This document shows, piece after piece, positions 15,916 through 23,937 of a stretch of 32,000 nt of DNA. The notes below the pieces were generated by a model. That model was given only the letters and a program-made list of their open reading frames with translations, searched no databases and had not been told where the DNA came from. The position numbers were made by a program, and so were the translations under genes. Source of the stretch: an uncultured bacterium (GTDB lineage: Bacteria; GCA-001730085); NCBI GenBank assembly GCA_964565945.1, contig CAZMGY010000015.1, forward strand, positions 51,789-83,788, given 5' to 3'. Positions within the stretch are counted from its first letter, which is position 1; each line of letters begins with the position of its first letter.

Positions 15916-17591
15916 GATTCTTTTATTTTTACTTTCATTGTGTACATAATTTTCGTTCGCTCATCCTTCACACCTTCTTTGGCATAATCCACCGAAACAG
16001 TGCTCACATAAGAGTAACTTTCCATAGCAATTTTAAGCCCATCCACTTTTTTATAAGAATCACTCGTAACCCCCTTAATAAATAAATCATTGGGCCGAAG
16101 CAAAAATGTTTCGTCCTTTTGAGGTTTCAACCTGTGCTGACGAACTTTTTGCTCATCAAAACGTTTTTGGCGCAAGTCGCGCAAGATTTGCATCTCCTGA
16201 GCAGTAAAACCATAATGAAACATCGAATAAAACATATCGTTGATCGTCACTTTTTTAATATCCAAAAGCCAATCTAAAAGGCGGCTACGTTCACGTGACA
16301 CTTTGGCAAAAGCCCTTAACTGTGTTTCGAGCGGTGCAATTTCATTAGAAATCTTAACAATCGTTTTCTCCATTTGGCGAAAAGCATTGGACTCTTTTTG
16401 TGCCAATACCGTTTGTGTTCTTAGCTCAACAAGCTTGGCTTGACCCTGATTCAAATAAAGCCCCCAAAAACAGCTAATCAGAACAGCCCACATAACCATC
16501 ACCAGACTAACACGTCGATAATAACGGTCTTTTTGAACACCGTGAGGCAGAAGGTTCACTTGCACGGGGCATAAGGAAACATGTCGTAATGCCAAACCTG
16601 TAGCAATAGCAAAAAAGTACCTCATATTTTGAGCCTGATCGTGCCCTACATCGGAAGCAATATCAACTCTCTGAAAAGGGTCGAGCAACTCAACTTCGGC
16701 ATCAAAACGGTTCGCAAACAAATCGACCGCACCCAAAATACGCATATTACCACCAGTGAGATAAAGTTTTTGCAAAACAAATGCCGACTCCAAAGAAATG
16801 TAATGCTGCAACGTTTTTTTAATTTCTCCAACCACCTCTTCCAAGCCTTCCTCGAGCATTTGACTGCGTTGAAAGTCGCTCCCTTCGCCTTGCAAACCGA
16901 CAGAATGCTTAAACTGTATCGCTGGTCCTTCTCCTGTCCCCATTCTTTCGGCTAATAACTGCGTCAAATGTTTACCCGCAACAGGAATAGTCCGCGTCCA
17001 AAAACCTTTATCGTCGACAATCAATAAAGTCGTTTGCTGCTCCCCAATATCGACCACCATCGAACCAACAGGAATCTGATTGTAAGAGGCCAAATTATAA
17101 AGCGCCATCGAAGGCACATCTAAGGTTTGAATATGAATCTGGGTCGAATCGATATTGTTAGTGAACTCATAAACAACAGGTTCTTTGATGGCGTGAAGCA
17201 CCACATATGCTTGAGCCGTACTACGATCGGAGCCAATCAAATGATAATCCCAACTGACATCCTCAAGAGGAAAGGGAATTTGTTGACGCGCTTCAAAATG
17301 AACAATCTGATCCACTTTGTCCGCAGTCACTGGTGGCAATTCAATGTACTTGGAATAAATATCCCCCGCAGGCAAAGAAATGATCGCCTGCGCTTTTTTA
17401 ATATCGTTTTGAGCCAAAACCCAGCGCAAAGCTTCAGCCTCGCGATCTTTGGGCGACATATCTTCAAAAACAGGAATATCCCGATAAGGCAAATAGGCAG
17501 CTTTTTTAAGCACAAGACTTCGTCTTGTTTTTTTAAACTCAACCAGCTTTATTGCATCCGAACCGATATCAATACCGATAAACGACGCCAT
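15912..17591 (-). CDS. PilM-PilN fusion (MshI/GspL-like), module B, canonical actin-fold ATP motifs
   Basis: ATG 17591 gives MASFIGIDIGSDAIKLVEF. Also SLPAGDIYSKYIELPPVTADKVDQIVHFEARQQIPFPLEDV, VVDIGEQQTTLLIV and YLTGGNMRILG. TM helix VSLVMVMWAVLISCFWGLYL, then a coiled-coil PilN-like tail. The track start at 17654 lies upstream of the predicted promoter. Confidence 0.75.
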   Translation of the reverse strand: MASFIGIDIGSDAIKLVEFKKTRRSLVLKKAAYLPYRDIPVFEDMSPKDREAEALRWVLAQNDIKKAQAIISLPAGDIYSKYIELPPVTADKVDQIVHFEARQQIPFPLEDVSWDYHLIGSDRSTAQAYVVLHAIKEPVVYEFTNNIDSTQIHIQTLDVPSMALYNLASYNQIPVGSMVVDIGEQQTTLLIVDDKGFWTRTIPVAGKHLTQLLAERMGTGEGPAIQFKHSVGLQGEGSDFQRSQMLEEGLEEVVGEIKKTLQHYISLESAFVLQKLYLTGGNMRILGAVDLFANRFDAEVELLDPFQRVDIASDVGHDQAQNMRYFFAIATGLALRHVSLCPVQVNLLPHGVQKDRYYRRVSLVMVMWAVLISCFWGLYLNQGQAKLVELRTQTVLAQKESNAFRQMEKTIVKISNEIAPLETQLRAFAKVSRERSRLLDWLLDIKKVTINDMFYSMFHYGFTAQEMQILRDLRQKRFDEQKVRQHRLKPQKDETFLLRPNDLFIKGVTSDSYKKVDGLKIAMESYSYVSTVSVDYAKEGVKDERTKIMYTMKVKIKES

Positions 17592-17644
17592 TCCTATCCC
17601 CTTAACACACACCCAGCCCAAAGACACACTATAGATATAGTATG

Positions 17645-17673
17645 ATTCTTCCACAACACTCTGAACCTGTCAA
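17645..17673 (-). promoter_or_regulatory. Candidate sigma70-type promoter for module B
   Basis: Minus strand: TTGACA (17673-17668), 17-nt spacer, AAGAAT (17650-17645). Lies about 55 nt upstream of ATG 17591. Confidence 0.45.
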
Positions 17674-17705
17674 GAGAACTCTCGATTTAAACAAGCCTAC
17701 CAACC

Positions 17706-17990
17706 TTAAGCCACTCTTAGAAGTACCTGTTCTTTAAAAACACCTGCACCCACCAAGGAAATCATCACGCCTTGGACAAGATCTAACAATTCTGGGACCT
17801 GCGTTTGATTTTGTAATGCCCGAAGCAATTCAACATATGTTTTAAACCTCTTATCACCCCCAAGATTAACATAACGTTCTGTTTTTTCAATCTAACCTGG
17901 AACCACATCAGGAAAAATTTTCATCAACAGAGCCAAGTTGCTCAGCTCCAAGTTAACTACTTTATCCTCTCCATCATGTCTTTTTCCATT
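17706..17990 (-). pseudogene. Unidentified coding remnant with an in-frame TAG (17892-17894)
   Basis: My translation: NGKRHDGEDKVVNLELSNLALLMKIFPDVVPG*IEKTERYVNLGGDKRFKTYVELLRALQNQTQVPELLDLVQGVMISLVGAGVFKEQVLLRVA*. It reads as protein-like but has no start codon and is interrupted. I do not recognise the family. Confidence 0.3.
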
Positions 17991-18058
17991 TTAAAGAGCT
18001 AATTTTCTTCTTTCAAGCGACGAAGCTCCAGGTGTTCTTCTGTTAGCTTGCCATTATC
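17957..18058 (-). mobile_element. Possible relic of an IS3-family OrfA C-terminus (leucine-zipper region)
   Basis: My translation: DNGKLTEEHLELRRLKEEN*LFKMEKDMMERIK*. It resembles the IS3 OrfA pattern LTxExxExxxLxKENxxLxMExDILKKA. Broken by stops, with no transposase catalytic ORF and no inverted repeats identified. Confidence 0.25.
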
Positions 18059-18154
18059 GCGATGGTCAGAACAGTCGTAGTATTCTGACTACTGTCTTCC
18101 TCTTTATTGTTTTTGCATTGTGTGCCAGTTTTTTGGGGCGTATCGTTTGAAACA

Positions 18155-18196
18155 GGTATGTTGGTGTGGGCTCAGTATTCATTACACCAACATACC
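18155..18196. repeat. Perfect 13-bp inverted repeat with a 16-nt loop
   Basis: GGTATGTTGGTGT (18155-18167) ... ACACCAACATACC (18184-18196). Lies 10 nt downstream of the broken lipoprotein gene. Confidence 0.85.
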
Positions 18197-18205
18197 TAAA
18201 AAAGC

Positions 18206-18685
18206 TTAGTTTGAACTACGAATGAATAGTGCGTTCTCAATTCTCTCAAACGCATTCTCATACAGTTTTACATCAAGAAGCACAATATCCTGTCTGTTGG
18301 TTTGACCCAACTCCCATGAAGTCTTCTTGACCTCAACGAAGCTCAATCGTACTTTCGTTTTATCTCCGATTTGTTCAACAAACGCTGTCATTTTTGTCTG
18401 AGTAATTTTGATTGCGACACCTGACCACAACAAAAACGTAGAATCACTGTTAGCGGAACTTTCTGCTAAGATTAGACCAGCTTAAATGTCAGCGTTGCTG
18501 ATTGTGTACCCAATGTCTTGCAATACAGAAATCACGCTTGGGAAAACGACTCCCTTGGTTGATTCAAATTCACGACTTTGAAGACTTCGAATCTCAAGCG
18601 AATTCATCGTTGATTTTGGATTTGTCATGCAAGCAGACAGAACCAAAGTGGCAAGCATCACAACCAGTATGTTTTTGATTTTCAA
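18206..18685 (-). pseudogene. Small lipoprotein gene interrupted by one in-frame TAA (18482-18484)
   Basis: Track ORFs 18482-18685 and 18206-18433 are in the same frame (offset 252 nt). Read-through gives MKIKNILVVMLATLVLSAC...GYTISNADI*AGLILAESSANSDSTFLLWSGVAIKITQTK...; lipobox LVLSAC. Confidence 0.6.
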
Positions 18686-18694
18686 TGTGTTCTC

Positions 18695-19109
18695 CTAAAA
18701 GTTTGATGCGCGACTGTTGAAGTCTGAGAGAACATCGTTGCTATCAAATTTGATAATCAGAGTAATCATCCTTAATAAGAACCCAAACCCAGAGTTACTG
18801 CCTGAGTGACCTGCAAATAGGATCGTCCAATAACCTGTTTTTGAAGATGCCTGAGCAACTTGGGCACTTCTTTGGTAAGTCCAAACTTCCCTACCACTTC
18901 CATCTCTTGAGGTTGGGAGACCCGAAACTTTCCAAAACTTGTACTTTGGTAGTAGTGCCAACTTGCATTGAAAGTTGCACGTTGCCTTGGGTTAACTGGG
19001 AATTTCTGTCGGTCAATGGTTGGGGCGTTGACATATAACCTGACAATAAAAGACCAAATACGAATAAGACCGAAAACAAATTAGATAATGACTCCATGAC
19101 GCAACTCAC
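18695..19109 (-). pseudogene. Small secreted protein gene broken by a frameshift near 18900-18925
   Basis: ORF 18891-19109 (...LTQGNVQLSMQVGTTTKVQVLESFGSPNL) and ORF 18695-18961 (...TSRDGSGREVWTYQRS...TLIIKFDSNDVLSDF) overlap in frames offset by 1. Joined, they read as one protein of about 135 aa with the N-terminal hydrophobic helix MESLSNLFSVLFVFGLLLSG. Confidence 0.5.
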
Positions 19110-19557
19110 TTTAGCATAATTTCGAAACTAGATATATCTGCCCTTGGCTTCATTTAAAATTCCCTCGAAAATCGATCAGCGAATAAAATGGCAAATTGAT
19201 TCAAGGCTTTGTTCTAATCCCGTATCGGTAAAGTTCCTTTTGACCCTCCATATTTACGCCTAGAACCAGGCAAACAGCTTTGTTGCACACATGTGATTTA
19301 TTAGCAAAAATTATTTTTTATTACGTATATAATAGAAAATTAGAAACACACTGGCCAAAGGGCGCTCCTGCCCCTTCTTGCAAGCCAAGTCTCTTCTTTT
19401 AAAATACGTTTAAAACTATAGCACCTCTGAACTTCCAGATAATGCCGTCAACCTTTTCATCTATTTTTATAAGGAGTGCGAATAACGTTCTAATCACAGG
19501 GATCCTAAGAGTTAGTTAATCCAATTAAGCCAATGAATTAGAAAGATTTAATTACTC

Positions 19558-20424
19558 TTAGTCTAGAAAAGCCCCTAATTTATTAATAATTAGCCGAGTA
19601 TGACCTCTAATATTTTTGGCCTGCGTCAGCTCAGAAATCATAGCAATCCTTTGCACCCCAGCCACAATAAGGGTTTCGAAATGTTCTTGATGAATCCCCC
19701 CCATCACGGTCAAAGGTATCTTGGCTGTAGCTTGAGCTTGAAGGAACAACTCCAGACCAACTGGTTTCACCGAAGTTTCTTTCGTCTGCGTCACGAACAA
19801 AGGACCAATATTGGCATAGCTTGTCCCATCTTGTTCAGCCTGCACAAGATCCTCTATCGAATGACACGAAATACCAATAATTTTATCAGGCCCCAGCAAT
19901 CGACGCGCCTCTCGACACGGAATGTCATTCTGTCCCAAATGCACGCCATCCGCATCCACCGCCATAGCCACATCAATGTAATCATTGATAATCAACAGAG
20001 CACCTTTATCCCGCGTAAGACTTCTTAAGGTCTGAGCCACAGAAAAAATGGTTCGGCGAGAGGCTTTTTTGTTGCGATACTGAACAACCTGCACACCACC
20101 TTCAAGCAAGTCTTCGACAACTTGAATATCCGAGCGTCCGCAAGATAATTCTTCGCAAGTGACTGGATACAAACGAATATTTTTAAACCGTTCCTCCAAA
20201 GATAACGTGGATATAGGATCCGCCCCTCCTCCCATAAAGACAATCACTTCAATCACATCATTTTCCACAAGAACATGTGTGGCATAATCTTTGGGATCAA
20301 TAATCTCTAAATTTTTCTCAACCACATAGTGCTTTGACTTAAGAGATAAACGCGTCAATACCTCAGCCAGAGACAATCCCTCCTCGCAAGCATAAACCTC
20401 TCCATTCAGTTGAATTGAAATCAT
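19558..20424 (-). CDS. thiE: ThiS-ThiE fusion: sulfur-carrier ThiS (aa 1-67, ending GGG) fused in frame to thiamine-phosphate synthase
   Basis: ATG 20424 lies 1 nt after the thiH TGA. MISIQLNGEVYACEEGLSLAEVL...VENDVIEVIVFMGGG parallels Bacillus ThiS. It continues with no stop into ADPISTLS...VQVVQYRNKK...LLIINDYIDVAMAVDADGVHLGQND...IIGISCH...GPLFVTQTK...PLTVMGGI..., which is ThiE. Confidence 0.85.
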   Translation of the reverse strand: MISIQLNGEVYACEEGLSLAEVLTRLSLKSKHYVVEKNLEIIDPKDYATHVLVENDVIEVIVFMGGGADPISTLSLEERFKNIRLYPVTCEELSCGRSDIQVVEDLLEGGVQVVQYRNKKASRRTIFSVAQTLRSLTRDKGALLIINDYIDVAMAVDADGVHLGQNDIPCREARRLLGPDKIIGISCHSIEDLVQAEQDGTSYANIGPLFVTQTKETSVKPVGLELFLQAQATAKIPLTVMGGIHQEHFETLIVAGVQRIAMISELTQAKNIRGHTRLIINKLGAFLD

Positions 20425-20425
20425 A

Positions 20426-21538
20426 TCACATGGCATAGTCCCAATCCTTCCAAACAGGATCATAACCTTGATCTTGAAGCACCGAAACAAACTCCGCCAC
20501 AGAGCGATGATCCGCTATATCAAACTGTTTTAACGAGTCCTTCTCCGCTTGATACCCTCCTGGATTTGTAGTCGATCCAGCACTCATTTGTGTCACACCC
20601 AAAGGTATCAAATAATCTCTCAGACTCTGAGGTTCTCGTGTCGAAACCACAATGCCACAGTCTGGCAAAAATAACCGTAATGCCGTTATACTCCGAACAA
20701 GCTCTTGATCGGACACCTCTGTGTCAGGAGAAAATCCATCTGGTCCTTTGCGAATTCGTGGCACACTAATAGACACCTTCATATCCCAATAGTTTTTCAT
20801 CAAATACTGTGCATGGTACGCCACCGCAGCCATATCCAACCGCCAATCACTCAGTCCCAATAAGGCGCCAATGCCAACATTGCGAATCCCAGATTGACCA
20901 ATCCAATCCGGAACATCCAAACGTTTGCCAAACAAGCGTTTGGGACCTGCCGTATGCAGTTGTTTATACTTGTTTCGATCATAAGTTTCCTGATAAACAA
21001 CAACTCCATCAACACCTGCCCGCTTCATTCGTTGGTAACCCTCTAAGTCTAGAGGGTAAATTTCTATGCCTTTATAAGCACAGTACCCTTCCATTAGACT
21101 TAAACATTGTTCAAAATATTCGGGCGGAACTTTACGTTGATCCTCTCCCGATAAAAGGAGAATATTTTGAAAACCTTGTTCCAGCAAAAATTCGAATTCT
21201 TTCATAAACTCGGACTCGCTTAAAGTTTTTCGCGAGATCTGATTATCTTTGGTAAACGAACAATAGGTGCAAGCATTGTAACATTCGTTCGAAACATAAA
21301 GAGGTGCATACAGTTGAATCGTACGCCCAAATCGCTCTAAAGTTAAACGGTGTGATTTCTGTGCTTGAACTTCAAGAAAAGGCAAGGCCTCTGGAGATAA
21401 AAGAGATAAAAAATCTTCAAACGACACACAATCTTTGATCAAGGCTGCTTCGACATCTCTTGAACGCGCATTCTGAATCAAGACAGACCATTCTGTCAAT
21501 AAACCGTCATAGAAAATATCTGAAAAAACCGCACTCAT
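20426..21538 (-). CDS. thiH: 2-iminoacetate synthase ThiH (radical SAM tyrosine lyase)
   Basis: 370 aa. Radical SAM cluster motif CYNACTYCSF, length and thi context. ATGA overlap with ldhA. Confidence 0.88.
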   Translation of the reverse strand: MSAVFSDIFYDGLLTEWSVLIQNARSRDVEAALIKDCVSFEDFLSLLSPEALPFLEVQAQKSHRLTLERFGRTIQLYAPLYVSNECYNACTYCSFTKDNQISRKTLSESEFMKEFEFLLEQGFQNILLLSGEDQRKVPPEYFEQCLSLMEGYCAYKGIEIYPLDLEGYQRMKRAGVDGVVVYQETYDRNKYKQLHTAGPKRLFGKRLDVPDWIGQSGIRNVGIGALLGLSDWRLDMAAVAYHAQYLMKNYWDMKVSISVPRIRKGPDGFSPDTEVSDQELVRSITALRLFLPDCGIVVSTREPQSLRDYLIPLGVTQMSAGSTTNPGGYQAEKDSLKQFDIADHRSVAEFVSVLQDQGYDPVWKDWDYAM

Positions 21539-22542
21539 GAGCCCTTCACTTGATTGATCAAGGTCCTTTGATTAACGTAATCATCAATGTTATGCAAAGT
21601 CGTTTCGGCAATATTTCTCAAAGCTTCTTGCGTAAAAAATGCCTGATGCGATGTGATCAAAACATTATGAAACGTTAAAAGCCGAGCCAACACATCATCT
21701 TTAAGCAAATTGGACGAATGGTCTTCAAAGAAATAGTCACTTTCTTCTTCATAAACATCAAGACCTGCCAAGGCAATTTTTTTTAATTTTAAACCTACAA
21801 TTAAGGCTTTGGTCTCAATCAATAACCCACGGCTCGTATTAATTAACATCACGCCTTCTTTCATCTGAGAAATGCTTTGCTCATTAATCATATGATGCGT
21901 ATCTGGGGTTAAAGGACAGTGCAAGGAGATGATATCAGAATTTTCATATAGCTCAGCTAAATCAACATAGCGCATGTAAGGATAGGTTTTCTCGAGTTCT
22001 ATGTTAGGAAAAGGGTCATAAGCCAAGACCTTCACTCCAAACCCGCGCAAAACTTCGATAAAGGTTTGACCAATTTTTCCAGTTCCTACCACGCCAATCG
22101 TCTTATTGAGAAGATCAAAACCTAAAAAACCTTCAATACTAAAATTATGATCACGCGTACGGTAATAGGCACGATGGATTTTGCGATTAAGAGATAAAAT
22201 CATGCCCATCGCGTGTTCCGCAACAGCGTGAGGCGAATAGGCGGGCACACGCGCCACTTTAACATCGTCACCCAGCGCCTTAAAGTCGATGTTGTTAAAA
22301 CCCGCACATCTAAGAGCAATTAATTTGATTTTGAAATCCTTTAAAATCTCTGCAATCCGCGCATCAACAACATCATTCACAAACAAACATAGAGCCGAAG
22401 CTCCCTCGGCAAACACAACATTTTGCTCAGATAAGTGCCCTTTAAAAAACCTCAAATCAAAACCAAACTGTTGATTGACCTCTTCAAACGACTCTCTATC
22501 ATAAGATTTTGTATCAAAAAATGCAATTATGGGCTGCGTCAT
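21535..22542 (-). CDS. ldhA: D-lactate dehydrogenase / D-isomer-specific 2-hydroxyacid dehydrogenase
   Basis: Collinear with E. coli LdhA as I recall it: LRCAGFNNIDF, RVPAYSPHAVAEHAMGM, GVVGTGKIGQ, ISLHCPLTPDTHHMIN, NTSRG, LDVYEEE, ITSHQAF. GGAGG 7 nt upstream of ATG 22542. Confidence 0.85.
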   Translation of the reverse strand: MTQPIIAFFDTKSYDRESFEEVNQQFGFDLRFFKGHLSEQNVVFAEGASALCLFVNDVVDARIAEILKDFKIKLIALRCAGFNNIDFKALGDDVKVARVPAYSPHAVAEHAMGMILSLNRKIHRAYYRTRDHNFSIEGFLGFDLLNKTIGVVGTGKIGQTFIEVLRGFGVKVLAYDPFPNIELEKTYPYMRYVDLAELYENSDIISLHCPLTPDTHHMINEQSISQMKEGVMLINTSRGLLIETKALIVGLKLKKIALAGLDVYEEESDYFFEDHSSNLLKDDVLARLLTFHNVLITSHQAFFTQEALRNIAETTLHNIDDYVNQRTLINQVKGS

Positions 22543-22624
22543 CGAAATCCTCCTTATTGTTCAACATCTCATTATCTCATAGAATTAATATGTTTTAGAC
22601 ATGAATTCCTTAACAGAGAGAATA

Positions 22625-23404
22625 TTAGGACCGTAAAAAACCCGTTAACGGACTAGAAGCTTCGGACGTCTCACTCACTCGACCCTGGCCAGCCAAATAA
22701 GCTAAACGACCCGACTCCACAGCTAAAGAAAATGCTCGTGCCATCTGCTCAGGATTACGGGCAATTGCAATCGCCGTATTGACCAAAACAGCATCAGCCC
22801 CCATCTCCATCGCTTCCGCGGCATGCGAAGGAACACCTAAGCCAGCATCGACAATCACTGGAACATGACTTTGTTGAATGATGTAGTGAATCAAATCACG
22901 TGTTTTTAAACCCTTGCTAGTGCCAATCGGAGACCCCAAGGGCATTACCGTGGCACACCCCACCTCTTCCAAACGTTTTGCAAGCAAAGGATCCGCTTGA
23001 ATATAAGGGAGAACCGTAAAGCCTTCCTTGACCAATTGTTCCGCAGCTTTAAGTGTTTCAGGCCCATCGGGCAACAAGTGGTAGGGCTCAGGCGTAACCT
23101 CGAGTTTAATCCAAGAACTGACACCCGAAGCTTTAGCAATATGAGCCAAACGAATCGCCTCTTCGGCATCTCGAGCACCTGCCGTATTAGGAAGAATTTT
23201 ATATTTTTTGGGATCAATCACCGACAAAATGGAGTCCTGAGGGTCTTTAACATTCACTCTTCGAAGAGCCATCGTTACAACCTGACTCTGTGAAGCCTCA
23301 AGCGCCTGCACCATATGCTGAGGAAAAGAGAACTTCCCTGTTCCAATAAAAAGCCGAGATTTTAAAGAAGCACCCGAAACCACCAAGTTATCTAACATTG
23401 TCAC
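22625..23404 (-). CDS. thiG: Thiazole synthase ThiG
   Basis: [104 protein letters not shown]. Start is either GTG 23404 or ATG 23398. Confidence 0.93.
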   Translation of the reverse strand: MTMLDNLVVSGASLKSRLFIGTGKFSFPQHMVQALEASQSQVVTMALRRVNVKDPQDSILSVIDPKKYKILPNTAGARDAEEAIRLAHIAKASGVSSWIKLEVTPEPYHLLPDGPETLKAAEQLVKEGFTVLPYIQADPLLAKRLEEVGCATVMPLGSPIGTSKGLKTRDLIHYIIQQSHVPVIVDAGLGVPSHAAEAMEMGADAVLVNTAIAIARNPEQMARAFSLAVESGRLAYLAGQGRVSETSEASSPLTGFLRS

Positions 23405-23415
23405 GCCTAATCTTT

Positions 23416-23937
23416 CTATTCTGAAACCACCATTTTAAAAGAGGCACACAAACCCATAACAGCAATCGCAATAATACTTATCCATAAGCCATAAGAAAAT
23501 ATCGCCAACGCCGCAGTGTTGCTGGCATTGACACTTAAAAGCCTGTACGCCAAAAAGCCACTAAAGCTCCACGCCAAAAACATCACCAGTATATTAGCAG
23601 CTTTTTTTTTCGTTTCAGCCCATAAAAACAGCCAAAATAACAGCATCCCCATGGCCGGAATCATATACACAGCATAGGATTTCATTCCAATATTTCTCGT
23701 ATCTTTAACAAACACATGAGCCACTTGTCTAAAGGCTTTCACTTTTTTGCTATTGGCCATCTTAGGAATTTCATAACCCGTGATTTTTTTCATCACAACA
23801 GATTCTTCACCACCAGCCACCCTGGTCAAACGATTAAAGAAAGACGACTCAATTTCGATCCAAGGTAAAAAAAATCCCCAAATCACTAGACCCAAACAAA
23901 TCACAAACCCAACATTTATATTCCCACGTGTAATCAT
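23416..23937 (-). CDS. Hypothetical membrane protein (about 4 TM helices)
   Basis: 173 aa with hydrophobic segments (VGFVICLGLVIWGFFLPW, AVYMIPAMGMLLFWLFLW, ILVMFLAWSFSGFLAY, LAIFSYGLWISIIAIAVMGL). No family recognised. Ends 11 nt before thiG. Confidence 0.5.
   Translation of the reverse strand: MITRGNINVGFVICLGLVIWGFFLPWIEIESSFFNRLTRVAGGEESVVMKKITGYEIPKMANSKKVKAFRQVAHVFVKDTRNIGMKSYAVYMIPAMGMLLFWLFLWAETKKKAANILVMFLAWSFSGFLAYRLLSVNASNTAALAIFSYGLWISIIAIAVMGLCASFKMVVSE

Noticed and set aside
17592-17654. Track start MEESYYIYSVSLGWVCVKGIG for PilM/N-B, and similar 5' extensions of other ORFs (20425-20490 thiS-thiE, 24669-24737 radC, 3398-3436 secretin A).
   Set aside because: Conserved N-termini begin at the internal Met (MASFIGIDIGS, MISIQLNG, MVMEGHRQRL, MRVFLK...). 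The extensions overlap upstream genes or a predicted promoter.
17892-18484. Stop-codon reassignment or alternative genetic code suggested by the in-frame TAG (17892) and TAA (18482).
   Set aside because: TAA, TAG and TGA all terminate highly conserved genes at their expected ends in this window (purC/thiG TAA, purB TAG, ldhA/thiH TGA).
19420-19470. TPP (THI-box) riboswitch. The plus-strand cacctctgaacttccagataatgccgtc resembles the ACCC..UGAACCUGAUCUGGAUAAUGCCAGCG core. I also scanned the regions upstream of ldhA, thiG, the membrane-protein gene and radC.
   Set aside because: There is no CUGAGA element. The CCAG...CCGT arms are not complementary, and it is on the wrong strand relative to the thi genes. 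No THI-box-like sequence was seen in 22543-22624, 23938-23996 or 24738-24803. A cmsearch with RF00059 would settle it.
19507-19560. Imperfect inverted repeat (ctaagagt...actcttag) spanning the thiS-thiE stop, considered as a terminator.
   Set aside because: The loop is about 40 nt, only about 8 bp are perfect, all are AT-rich, and there is no U-tract.
20188-20235. Internal translation start for a stand-alone ThiE, driven by GGAGGAGG (the Gly codons) and GGAGGAA.
   Set aside because: There is no ATG/GTG/TTG within 5-12 nt downstream of either SD-like element. The nearest TTG codons are about 19-27 nt away.
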